NCBI GenBank assembly: GCA_050014195.1
Contig: JBEKDT010000007.1
Span: 32,001-96,000, forward strand
Length of the DNA: 64,000 nt
Direction of reading: 5' to 3'
Origin: Desulfomonilia bacterium
GTDB taxonomy: Bacteria > Desulfobacterota > Desulfomonilia > UBA1062
Shown: one piece after another, positions 20,202-29,854 of the stretch
Layout of the letters: each line of letters begins with the position of its first letter
How positions within the stretch are numbered: the first letter of the stretch is position 1
The notes under the pieces: generated by a model
Databases searched by the model: none
What the model was told of the DNA's origin: nothing
What the model saw: the letters and a program-made list of their open reading frames with translations, nothing else
Translations under genes and position numbers: made by a program

Positions 20202-20972
20202 ATGAATAAGATGATCATGACAATATTCGACAACGAAAGCAGAGCCTACGAAGGCATCAAAGCTCTCAAGGAACTCCACGCCGAAGGCAGCATCACACTC
20301 TACGCATCCGCCGTCATTGCTAAAGACTCAAAAGGCAAGGTCAGCGTCAAGCAAGCGGCTGATCAAGATCTTCTCGGGACTATTCTCGGATTTGCCACGG
20401 GGAGTCTTATCGGGTTGCTCGGAGGCCCTGTGGGGCTAGCTGTCGGAGCAACGACCGGAACCCTTGCGGGTTCGCTGTACGATATAGCGCAGCTCGGCGT
20501 CGGCAACGATTTCTTAGCTGAAGTTTCGCAGCAACTTTTGCCTGGCAAAACGGCTGTGGTCGCCGAGATCGATGAAGAGTGGGTCACTCCGTTGGACGCT
20601 CGCATGGAAACCCTCGGTGGGGTCGTGTTTCGACGCGCGCGCGGTGAGTTCATTGACGCTCAAATCGAGAAAGAGATCGCAGCCGACAAAACCGAAATCG
20701 CTAAACTGAAAGCTGAGCGCGACCAAGCCATCGGGGAAGCCAAAGCCAAGCTTCAGGCTAAAATCGATGCCGCTCAAAACAGGCTGCAGGCTAGACGAGA
20801 TCGGCTCAATGAGAAAATCGAAGCCATCAAGCGCGAAGGAGAAGCCAAGATCAAATCTCTGCAAGAACAAGCGGCGAAGGCGAAAAGTGAAACGAAAGCA
20901 AAGCTGGAAAAGCGTCTCGCCGAGGCACGTGCTGATAACGAAGCACGTGTTGACAAGCTGAGCAAAACTTGA
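20202..20972 (+). CDS. DUF1269-family membrane/coiled-coil protein
   Basis: Gly-rich GSLIGLLGGPVGLAVG segment plus coiled-coil tail; AAGGAG RBS before MNKM. Confidence 0.8.
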   Translation: MNKMIMTIFDNESRAYEGIKALKELHAEGSITLYASAVIAKDSKGKVSVKQAADQDLLGTILGFATGSLIGLLGGPVGLAVGATTGTLAGSLYDIAQLGVGNDFLAEVSQQLLPGKTAVVAEIDEEWVTPLDARMETLGGVVFRRARGEFIDAQIEKEIAADKTEIAKLKAERDQAIGEAKAKLQAKIDAAQNRLQARRDRLNEKIEAIKREGEAKIKSLQEQAAKAKSETKAKLEKRLAEARADNEARVDKLSKT

Positions 20973-21035
20973 CGACGCACCAAGGAAACACTGGCATTGT
21001 GATGTTCTGCGTTTGGGCTGCGGTTACTTCCTCAC

Positions 21036-21611
21036 ATGACAGTGAAAGGAGATGAAGAAATGATTATAAACACATTGCTCCCGGGATGGGAGGAGATCCG
21101 GCAGAAGTGGGGATGGTTCCTCGTTTTAGGAATTACCTTGATTGTCCTTGGGGCCGTTGCGCTAGCCGTGCCCCGACTGATGACGCTCACCTCGGTCTTG
21201 CTGTTCGGCTGGCTCATCGTTTTGGGCGGCGTCTTCGAGACAGTCGCCGCGTTCGCAGCGCGGAAGTGGATTGGATTTTTCCTCCACCTGCTCAGCGGCA
21301 TCCTGGGCATCGTCGTCGGCGCCCTGATGGTAACCCACCTCAACGCCGCTGCGGGGGCTTTGACGCTGCTCCTTGCGGCGTTTTTCTTGATAAGTGGGTT
21401 GTTTAGAATCGTCGCCGCAGTTATGGTGCAGTTCCCGGGTTGGGGTTGGGCAGTCTTCGGAGGCATAGTCTCGACGTTTCTGGGCGTTTTGATCTGGGCA
21501 GAATGGCCGTCGTCCGCCCTCTGGGTGATCGGCACGTTCGTGGCCATCGATTTACTCTTCCGCGGATGTGCATGGATGATGTTTGCCCTCGCCGCCCGGC
21601 AAACTCCGTAG
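21036..21611 (+). CDS. HdeD/DUF308 acid-resistance membrane protein
   Basis: WGWFLVLG...WPSSALWVIG pattern; multiple TMs. Confidence 0.88.
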   Translation: MTVKGDEEMIINTLLPGWEEIRQKWGWFLVLGITLIVLGAVALAVPRLMTLTSVLLFGWLIVLGGVFETVAAFAARKWIGFFLHLLSGILGIVVGALMVTHLNAAAGALTLLLAAFFLISGLFRIVAAVMVQFPGWGWAVFGGIVSTFLGVLIWAEWPSSALWVIGTFVAIDLLFRGCAWMMFALAARQTP

Positions 21612-21691
21612 CCAGCCGACTTGCGGTGCGAGCCGGCACTGCAGCGGGTGAGTTGAAAGACGTATTAAAAACGAAGTAAGGAGATATTGTA

Positions 21692-22246
21692 ATGAGCGAG
21701 ATTGATACGCTGATGGTTGGAATTCCCCCCGAGATGATTCACAACTGGGGGTGGTTCCTGGCATTCGGCATCGGATTGGTGCTGCTGGGGACCGCCGCGA
21801 TTTTCCGGTCCGTGAAAGCCACGGTAATCTCGATGTCGTTCTTCGGATGGCTGCTGGTGATTGCGGCTGGAATCGAGATTGCGCAGGCTTTCCTGGTCGG
21901 TAAGTGGGCAGGCTTCTTCCTGCATTTGCTGGCTGCGGTTCTCTTCGGAGTAACCGGCGCTCTGTTTGTGAGGAGACCGGTGATCAGCGCCGAAGTTGCG
22001 ACCCTTTTCATGGCCATGTTCTTCCTGATGTCCGGGCTGTTTCAACTGATCAGCTCGCTGGTGATCCACCTGCCAGGTTGGGGTTGGTACGCGCTGAACG
22101 GAATCATCACCTTTGTATTGGGGGTTCTCGTCCTTGCGCAGTGGCCAATCTCAGGCCTGTGGGCGATCGGCCTTTTCATCGGAATCGATCTGGTGTTTTT
22201 CGGCTTGGCTTGGGTCACGCTGGCACTTGACCTTCACAAGATGTGA
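21692..22246 (+). CDS. HdeD/DUF308 acid-resistance membrane protein (paralogue)
   Basis: WGWFLAFG...WPISGLWAIGLFIGIDL. Confidence 0.88.
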   Translation: MSEIDTLMVGIPPEMIHNWGWFLAFGIGLVLLGTAAIFRSVKATVISMSFFGWLLVIAAGIEIAQAFLVGKWAGFFLHLLAAVLFGVTGALFVRRPVISAEVATLFMAMFFLMSGLFQLISSLVIHLPGWGWYALNGIITFVLGVLVLAQWPISGLWAIGLFIGIDLVFFGLAWVTLALDLHKM

Positions 22247-22360
22247 GAGTCTGGGCCTTGCAGTCGTTTATGAAGAGGGAATCAAAACTGTGAGGTAACA
22301 AGGTAAGAGATACTATTGCTTATCGCAACAACCACAGTTTTAAGTCCTTCAAATACTCCT

Positions 22361-24883
22361 TTAAAATTTCACCTTCTTATAGAAAATCTTCTTCGCTATT
22401 TCCGCTGTTATAATGTAACATATCGTAATTAGTCCTACTATCAGAAGGAACGAGATCGGCAACCGGCTGAATCCAAAAATATCACCAAGCGGCGTAAAGG
22501 GTACTATAAGCGTCATGACAACAATTAACAGAGTTGTCAGCAAGAGATATTTCCCAGGCATGCTTTTAAAGAAGGGCCTCCTTGTACGGATAACCAGCAC
22601 AATGAGTGCTGCTGAGATGACAGACTCCACAAACCATCCTGCCCTGAATTCCTTAGGGTTAGCATGAAGAACGAATAACAATACACCAAAGGTGAGATAG
22701 TCAAACACCGAGCTCACTATTCCGAAGGTAAACATAAACTCGCGGATTGCCTTAATGTCCCAGCGCCGGGGATGATCAACCATTTCGTTATCCACCCTGT
22801 CGGAAGCGATGGTCATCTCAGGGAAATCGGTCATGAGATTGGTGAGCAAGATCTGCTTGGGCAGTAAGGGGAGGAACGGCAGGAACAGGGATGCTCCGGC
22901 CATGCTGAACATGTTTCCGAAATTGGCGCTGGTCGCCATGAACACATACTTGAGCGTGTTAGCAAACGTCGTCCTGCCTGCGCGCACGCCCTCAACAAGA
23001 ACGCCCAGATCCTTTTCGAGTAAAACGATATCAGCCGCATCTTTGGCAACATCAACAGCGCTATCGACGGAAATGCCGACATCGGCAACATGGAGTGCCG
23101 AGGCATCATTGATGCCGTCTCCCATATAACCCACCACATTACCGGCTTTTCTCAGCGCGAGGATGATGCGCTCTTTCTGATTGGGTTCGATTTCGGCAAA
23201 GACATCCACGTCAGCCACACGTTTGAGGAGCGCGGCATCGCTCAACTGACTGAGCTCCGGACCAGTAATGATCCCTGTCTTCGATAATCCCATCTGCCCA
23301 CTGACGTTGGCTGCTACAAGGTGGTTGTCTCCCGTTATGATCTTCAGGGAAACACCGAGGTTTTTCAGATTGGTAATGGTCTCGATAATATTGGGCTTGG
23401 GCGGATCAAAAAGGACAAGGAATCCTGAAAACGTCATGCCTGCTTCGTGGTCTTTGCTTATGCGTGAGTCAGCCCCCATATTCTTATAAGCGACGCCCAG
23501 CGTTCGCAGACCCTTACTACTGAATTCCTCAAAGTGTTGCTGAATTCGGTCCCGCGCTGCAATAATCTCGATGATTTCTCCTCCTTCGGTTTCTACCGAT
23601 GAACAGACGGCAAGCACATTTGAGAGCGCACCTTTGGTCACCATCAAATGCGTATCATCATGTGAAACCAGGATACTTAAACGTTTACGGAAAAAATCAT
23701 ACGGGATTTCATCCTGCTTCCGGTAACCGGACAGGTCAAATTTGCGATGGGTGCGGATGGCTTCATCGATCGGGTTGGTAAACCCTGTTTCATAAAAGGC
23801 GTTGAGATAAGCATAAAGCAGAACTTTATCGCTTGGCGCTCCTTCCACATCAAGGGCGGATTGCAGCTGTACGACCCCTTCGGTCAGGGTGCCGGTTTTA
23901 TCGGAGCAGATCACGTTCATGCTGCCGAAGTTTTCAATCGAGGCGAGCCGTTTGACAATGACCTTTTTTTGAGCCATCCGTTTGGCCCCATGGGCGAGGT
24001 TGATGCTGATAATCGCCGGCAACAATTGCGGGGTCAGTCCGACAGCAAGTGCCAGGGAAAAGAGGAAGGAGTCCAGGACCGGCCGTACCAAGTAGACGTT
24101 GATGGCAAAGATGACCACCACCAGCACCAGTGTGACCTCCATGAGAAAATAGCCGAATCGCCGTATGCCGTGTTCAAATTCCGTTTCAAGCGGCCTGAGT
24201 TTCAATCGCTCAGACACCTTGCCGAATTCGGTTTCCTTGCCTGTGCTTATAACAAGGGCCTGTGCACTGCCACTCACCACATGGGTTCCCATGAAGAGCG
24301 AGTTTGTCCGCTGCCCGAGCGGTATCTCGGCCGCCAATACTGCAACGGTTTTTTCTACGGGGAACGTCTCACCGGTCAGCATTGCTTCATCGACAAAGAG
24401 ATCTTTGGATTCCAGAATCAAACAGTCACCGGGAACAATATCACCAGCGCCTAAGATGACGATATCTCCGGGAATAATCTCTTCTACCGGGATATCTTTG
24501 GGGCCTCCATCACGAAGCACGGAAGCCTTGATTTGCACGATGGCCAGTAACTTCTCTACAGCGTTTGCCGCACCGCGTTCCTGCCAGAACCCGAGTAAGC
24601 CGCTGACGAGAACAATGGTGAGAATAATAAAGGCATCGACAGGATCATGTAAAAAGAATGACAATCCCGTTGCAAATAAAAGCATGAGAATAATAGGACT
24701 CTTGAATTGAGCAAGGAGGAGGGTTACTACATCTGTCCGCTTTGGCGGCTTCAGAAGATTGGAACCATGCTGCGCGAGCCGCTGTCTCGCTTCATCACCG
24801 GTCAATCCTTTATTTGTTGTATTCAGTTGCTGGAGCATCTCCATCGTGGAGCAACTCCAAAAGGGCAGCCGATGCTGGTTCAT
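22361..24883 (-). CDS. mgtA: Magnesium-translocating P-type ATPase
   Basis: LTGET, GLTPQLLP, DKTGTLT, GDGIND, ASANFGNMFS (P3B type). Confidence 0.9.
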   Translation of the reverse strand: MNQHRLPFWSCSTMEMLQQLNTTNKGLTGDEARQRLAQHGSNLLKPPKRTDVVTLLLAQFKSPIILMLLFATGLSFFLHDPVDAFIILTIVLVSGLLGFWQERGAANAVEKLLAIVQIKASVLRDGGPKDIPVEEIIPGDIVILGAGDIVPGDCLILESKDLFVDEAMLTGETFPVEKTVAVLAAEIPLGQRTNSLFMGTHVVSGSAQALVISTGKETEFGKVSERLKLRPLETEFEHGIRRFGYFLMEVTLVLVVVIFAINVYLVRPVLDSFLFSLALAVGLTPQLLPAIISINLAHGAKRMAQKKVIVKRLASIENFGSMNVICSDKTGTLTEGVVQLQSALDVEGAPSDKVLLYAYLNAFYETGFTNPIDEAIRTHRKFDLSGYRKQDEIPYDFFRKRLSILVSHDDTHLMVTKGALSNVLAVCSSVETEGGEIIEIIAARDRIQQHFEEFSSKGLRTLGVAYKNMGADSRISKDHEAGMTFSGFLVLFDPPKPNIIETITNLKNLGVSLKIITGDNHLVAANVSGQMGLSKTGIITGPELSQLSDAALLKRVADVDVFAEIEPNQKERIILALRKAGNVVGYMGDGINDASALHVADVGISVDSAVDVAKDAADIVLLEKDLGVLVEGVRAGRTTFANTLKYVFMATSANFGNMFSMAGASLFLPFLPLLPKQILLTNLMTDFPEMTIASDRVDNEMVDHPRRWDIKAIREFMFTFGIVSSVFDYLTFGVLLFVLHANPKEFRAGWFVESVISAALIVLVIRTRRPFFKSMPGKYLLLTTLLIVVMTLIVPFTPLGDIFGFSRLPISFLLIVGLITICYIITAEIAKKIFYKKVKF

Positions 24884-24952
24884 ACGCGATTCTTCATTTT
24901 ATTCATAGCTTGCTCCATTCGGTGGCTCACCAATGCATCATTTTGTCAGGCG

Positions 24953-25330
24953 TCAGGTCCCATTCGCAATCAGCCATTCGATTGCATCTTCGAAAGAAGT
25001 GAACGCCCTGACTTGGAAGCCTCTGTTTTGGGCGCAGAGAGCGAAGAACCCTGCGTTGTCAAATTGTTCAAGTGGACAAAGAACGGCTATTTTGTTGTGA
25101 GAAAAGGCCTTACGAAGGTTGCTGAGTTCAGTCGTCAGATTCCAAAGGTCGGCTATAGACATTCCTATCTGCGCCTTTCGAGTGTCTAGGATTATTTCGT
25201 AGTCCATCATAGGGGCCACGGCTGAAGCGATCTCCATAAGCACTTTCTTAGACTCTTCGAAATCGAACTGTCCTTCTGGGGTCACTTTGATGAAGTCGTG
25301 TGCATGGATAATTCTGATATTAGTTGACAT
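24953..25330 (-). CDS. Hypothetical protein (SpoIIAA/STAS-like)
   Basis: IILDTR...KIAVL...RAFTSFEDAIEWL tail; start trimmed to MSTN. Confidence 0.7.
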   Translation of the reverse strand: MSTNIRIIHAHDFIKVTPEGQFDFEESKKVLMEIASAVAPMMDYEIILDTRKAQIGMSIADLWNLTTELSNLRKAFSHNKIAVLCPLEQFDNAGFFALCAQNRGFQVRAFTSFEDAIEWLIANGT

Positions 25331-25498
25331 TACTTTCCCCTTCTGTATTTGTTGACGCCCATGACTATAATGCAATTATATTTTGCTTATAAAATATCTG
25401 AAGCAAGATTACATTATATCTAGATAATGAGTGCAAGACAATATGCAGTTAAATTAGGTCTTGGAAAAGATCCGGTTAGTTGACTCACACACACTTTT

Positions 25499-26899
25499 AT
25501 GCATAAGCTCTTTTCCATGGCCATCTTAAGCACGGGTTTTTTCTCGGCTGCGCGTACGCTCCCCAGCCTATGCCTTACACACCTGGTTGACGGCCATCCC
25601 GCTCCAGACGCGGATATCCTCTCCAGTGCCAATCAGGAGATCCTCGACCAACTTTCGGTTTCGAGATCGGTTCCTGGCAATCATATCGAGGTTCTTGATC
25701 ACGGCCCCTCGGCCTTTAACCGGTGGATCGATATCCTGCAATCGGCGAACACCTCTATTTTTCTGCAGACGTACTACCTGGAAAACGAAGGCAGGTGTGC
25801 CAACCTGATCAACATACTCAAGGATAAGGCGGCCCAGGGTGTGGCAGTCGCTGTGATCATTACCCGTTATTCGCAGCTGGGCAAATCTCCGCTGACCTTC
25901 CTAGAGCTAAAACGTGCCGGCATCGATGTCCTCTTGGTCGGCGATATCGGGTTTCCCAAGAACAGTACGCCACGGCAGGACTCCTGGCTCAATAGGATGC
26001 TCGAGGAGGACCGCATATTCAAGTCATTGCCCCGGGAAGCCCCCTTCCGCCAATGGTTTGAAGATAAGAAGAACAGTGATCTCATGGTGGATTATGCCCT
26101 GCATGAAAAGATGCTGATCGTCGATGGGAAATCCGCCATTACCGGCGGCCGGAACTTAAGCGACTGTTATTTCTTCTGGTGGCAGGACCTCGACATAGCC
26201 CTGGCCGGTCCGATCGTTACCGAGCTTGGAAAAGCCTTTGAACGAAACTGGCACGAATTCGGGGGAAAACCCCTCCCGCCGGCACCCTTCACACCAGAGA
26301 CATTCCCCGGAGGTATAACCCTGCGGCTCACCCAGTCCCGACCGTGGGTCGGTGTTTACAACAATCTCGATATGCTCTGCGGTGCTATCGACATTGCCAA
26401 ACAGCGGGTATATATTTCCTCACAGTATCTTGCTTTGCCGTCCAAGCTCAGCCAGGCCCTCACAGAGGCTGCCGCTCGCGGGGTTGATGTGCGCATCCTC
26501 ACCAATTCGCTGGAGACCGGCCACGAAGTCAATCTATCCCTTTGCCACTTTATATCACTCAACTACTACCGCGAACTACTGCATGCCGGCGCAAGCATCT
26601 TCGAATACCAGTGTCCACCGGGACAGAAACTAAGGCCATATTGCCATGCCAAACAGTTCATCATCGACGGCAAATTCCTGTCGATTGGATCGTTCAACCT
26701 GTCTATCCGCAGTTCCTACCTGGAATCCGAACTAATGTTCGGTATTCTGGATCCTTCCTTGGCTCAGATCCAGGAAAGTAAGTTCCTCAAAGATCTTGAT
26801 CAGCACGCCCATCAAGTCAACCTTGATGATTATACCAAAGAGGAGAAGGCCTACCGTGTGTTCATGGACATTGCCAGGCATCTGGAGATTCTTTATTAA
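25499..26899 (+). CDS. Phospholipase D / cardiolipin-synthase-like protein
   Basis: Two HKD motifs: HEKMLIVD...GGRN and HAKQFIID...GSFN. Confidence 0.88.
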   Translation: MHKLFSMAILSTGFFSAARTLPSLCLTHLVDGHPAPDADILSSANQEILDQLSVSRSVPGNHIEVLDHGPSAFNRWIDILQSANTSIFLQTYYLENEGRCANLINILKDKAAQGVAVAVIITRYSQLGKSPLTFLELKRAGIDVLLVGDIGFPKNSTPRQDSWLNRMLEEDRIFKSLPREAPFRQWFEDKKNSDLMVDYALHEKMLIVDGKSAITGGRNLSDCYFFWWQDLDIALAGPIVTELGKAFERNWHEFGGKPLPPAPFTPETFPGGITLRLTQSRPWVGVYNNLDMLCGAIDIAKQRVYISSQYLALPSKLSQALTEAAARGVDVRILTNSLETGHEVNLSLCHFISLNYYRELLHAGASIFEYQCPPGQKLRPYCHAKQFIIDGKFLSIGSFNLSIRSSYLESELMFGILDPSLAQIQESKFLKDLDQHAHQVNLDDYTKEEKAYRVFMDIARHLEILY

Positions 26900-27229
26900 A
26901 ATGCATTGATAATTCGGTGGTAGATTACGCTGCCCCACAACCGCAGCCCACAATTTCGTCGCATGCCCCTTTATTGGATCAGATCGCTCCTTCTTGGTCT
27001 TGCCCGAAATTTAATAGCTCTCAGTGGCAACTTGATAAAAGATAAGTTTTAACATGAAAACGAAGGTTCCCAGGTAGCCCAATCTATTAAGCTATACACA
27101 GCGTCATAATTAATTGCGGTTTATGTACCGACCAAACGATGAACTTCGGCGTCTATGCGCAATATATTAAGACGCTATGTATAGTTCATTATTGATCATG
27201 TCATGATGTGTCTAATAATTTACTATCTC

Positions 27230-27599
27230 GGGCTACCTAGGCGCAGCTGGAGCTACGGCTGCCTTGACTAAACGTGCGAAAGAAGGAGGTAGTTACCACG
27301 TTAATGTTAGTTTGACGCGCAGCGCTATGTGGTATCAAACCTTAGGGCTCATTCCAGAGAGTGAGAGAGCTTCCTCACAAAACTATATGCAACGGATATG
27401 GGATTTGTCCGAAAAAGATATGCCAGCTATTGCTAAGGAACTTAAACTACGCCTTATCGATCCAGACACCTTTATTAAAGATACCCCTTTGGAAAGGGTT
27501 CGGCGACTAGCACCAGCCGTTACCTACTCGAAAACACCAGCTTATTGGAGTGATCCTATACTTGTACCACGAGGCTCTTCTATTGCTTCATGGAGGTAA
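27230..27599 (+). pseudogene. C-terminal fragment of a family III (CaiB/BaiF) CoA-transferase
   Basis: GAAGATAAL..RAKEGGSYHVNVSLTRSAMW motif; N-terminal part missing. Confidence 0.65.
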
Positions 27600-27782
27600 A
27601 TTGTCCGTTAACCCGGATTTCCCAGACCCAATGCCTAGACCTTGTAAAATGGTGGCTGAAAGTGACGGTTTTGATGCCAATGGCGATATTGGCTGTCTAT
27701 CTGGAAAATCTCGGGTGAAGCGAGCCTGCAAGAGACACTGACCATAGACACCGAAAAGGGCGCCAGACGAAAGGAGGCCAAT

Positions 27783-28139
27783 ATGGCAATGAGAGCGATC
27801 ATCGGCTGCGTAGGCAGGGAATGGATGCTGCGAGAGCAGGAACTCCCGCTTATAAGGCTTGGGCCGGTGCGCGGGTGCGTCGTCGCCGCGGGCCTTAATA
27901 GGGCCGACCTCTTAATGCTCGATGGAAAGTACGGCCTGAACAGCAAGATCAACGACCTATACGGGGCCGGCATGGAACTGGCCGGCATCGTCGAGACATC
28001 CAGTCCTCTGTCTCCGCATTTGCCTGTAGGAGCACGGGTGATGGGCGTTACGCAAGGCGCGTTCGTGGACTATGCGCTCTGCCACCCTGGCACGCTCATG
28101 CCCATTCCCGACAATGTCTGCCATAGTAAGACACAATAA
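27783..28139 (+). pseudogene. N-terminal fragment of an MDR-family quinone oxidoreductase/alcohol dehydrogenase
   Basis: AAGLNRADL, GMELAGIV, VGARVMG..GAF.DY; truncated before the NAD(P)-binding domain. Confidence 0.7.
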
Positions 28140-28191
28140 AGGCAGGGTCGAGAATAACTCCACCTATGATCTCCAATTATTATGCTGTGTT

Positions 28192-28270
28192 CCTTTTCAA
28201 TATTCTTCCTTAACCCTGCAAGTCCGAGCAGTCCAGACCCGATGAGTATCAAAGAAGTTGGGGGGTGACT
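28192..28270 (-). pseudogene. Orphan PEP-CTERM-type sorting signal remnant
   Basis: PPTSLILIGSGLLGLAGLRKN: Pro-rich motif, TM helix and basic tail, with no upstream passenger ORF. Confidence 0.6.
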
Positions 28271-28534
28271 CTTGTCATAAATTTAGAATGCTCAACCAGG
28301 GATTACAGCTGACAACCACTTCGTGGACTTTTAAATCCATTCTCATTGACACACAAAACCGCTTTCTTATACTCTGAACATTAAAAACAATGTCCTATCA
28401 ATTTCAATCAGGTGAGGGTCAGGATGGACGACGATTCTCCTATGGATAGGATCAGAGTCCTGAAGCGGATTGGTGAAGTACACTTTTTGTAATCACTCAT
28501 ACCGCCAATTGGTGTAAAGTGTTTGAGGTAGAGA

Positions 28535-29854
28535 ATGTCATCTTCAGGTGAAAATATCGTTGCCTGTCTCAACTGTGATCTCTTACAGCGAATTCCTCCA
28601 CTTCCGACCGGAGCTACGGCATGCTGTAAACGCTGCGGCCATTCAATGGCCTTCAACAAACCAGATTCTCTTAACAGGACCATGGCCCTGACATTTGCTG
28701 CAGCCATCGTTCTCATTATAGCCAACGTGACACCATTGATGGGACTTTCGGTTTCAGGGCGGCAGGCAAGTACAACGATTATCGGCGGCGCCTGGCAAAT
28801 GTGGCTCCAGGGTCAGCTGATAACGGCCATGCTCGTTGTATTCTGCACAGTGGTTTCGCCCGCCGTTTATATCGGGATCATGTGCATTATCCTGCTTTTT
28901 GTATGGCGGACTCAGGTTCCATGGTGGGTCTCTACACTTCTGCGCTGGTCTGAGTGGAATCAGTCCTGGGCCATGGTAGAGGTGATGATGCTCGGTATCC
29001 TAGTGTCGCTGATCAAGATTGGTGATCTTGCAACAGTGATTCCCGGGGTTGGCATGTTTGCAGCAGGCGCTCTTGTTGTACTGATTGCTGCGATGACGGT
29101 CAGTTTTGACCCGCATGAAGTGTGGCAGAGGGTTGAGTGGGTGGGCAATGAAATCCCACCAGATTTATCAGGCAGTCAATCCACTGCCTCAAGTGATAGA
29201 GCATCCATACATATACATACAGGCATGCTGACCGGAATCAACCTGGGACTAGTATCGTGCGAATCCTGCGGGCTTCTGACAACGCCGCTCGATATCAATG
29301 AGCCCGGCTATTGCCCTCGCTGCGGCGAAGAGCTTTCCCTCAGACGGTACGATTCAATCCAGCGTACATGGGCGCTCATCATCGCAGCGGTGATTTGCTA
29401 TGTCCCGGCCAACCTGCTACCTGTAATGGTGACGACCACGCTGATTGCCTCAGAGGGGACTACCATCATGAGTGGCGTTGTGTGGTTCTATATGACTGGT
29501 TCGTGGCCTCTGGCGCTGATTGTTCTTATCGCGAGCGTTGTTATTCCGCTCGCCAAAATTATCGCTCTAGCCTATCTGCTCATAACTGTCCAGCGCCGTT
29601 CGATCAAAGGGCAGCATGATCGGCTGCGGCTTTACAAGCTGATCGAGTTTGTGGGACGATGGTCCATGCTCGACGTGTTCGTCGTCACATTCACCGCGGC
29701 CCTGATTCAGATGCAACCGCTTATGTCTATCAAACCTGGAGCTGGAGTCCTTTTTTTCGCATCAGTGGTCGTGCTTTCCATGATAGCAGCCAGAAGCTTT
29801 GATCCCCGCGTGATATGGGATTCCGGCAACGAACAAGGAGTTCAATATGACTGA
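28535..29854 (+). CDS. pqiA: Paraquat-inducible protein A (two PqiA domains)
   Basis: Two CxxC...CxRC pairs, WAMVEV and GRWSMLDVF motifs. Confidence 0.92.
   Translation: MSSSGENIVACLNCDLLQRIPPLPTGATACCKRCGHSMAFNKPDSLNRTMALTFAAAIVLIIANVTPLMGLSVSGRQASTTIIGGAWQMWLQGQLITAMLVVFCTVVSPAVYIGIMCIILLFVWRTQVPWWVSTLLRWSEWNQSWAMVEVMMLGILVSLIKIGDLATVIPGVGMFAAGALVVLIAAMTVSFDPHEVWQRVEWVGNEIPPDLSGSQSTASSDRASIHIHTGMLTGINLGLVSCESCGLLTTPLDINEPGYCPRCGEELSLRRYDSIQRTWALIIAAVICYVPANLLPVMVTTTLIASEGTTIMSGVVWFYMTGSWPLALIVLIASVVIPLAKIIALAYLLITVQRRSIKGQHDRLRLYKLIEFVGRWSMLDVFVVTFTAALIQMQPLMSIKPGAGVLFFASVVVLSMIAARSFDPRVIWDSGNEQGVQYD

Noticed and set aside
20970-21002. TGA readthrough (Sec) at the end of the DUF1269 gene (KLSKT*RRTKETLAL*)
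   Set aside because: No Cys-like context or SECIS hairpin seen; more likely a Trp-to-stop change trimming 10 residues.
25427-25499. In-frame ATG...TGA upstream of the PLD gene as a possible Sec extension
   Set aside because: No RBS, no redox motif and no SECIS hairpin; probably chance.
5217-26899. Transmissible locus of stress tolerance (tLST), suggested by ftsH, hdeD and a cls-like gene
   Set aside because: No clpG/clpK, small HSPs, yfdX, trx or kefB; the genes are dispersed and not in tLST order.
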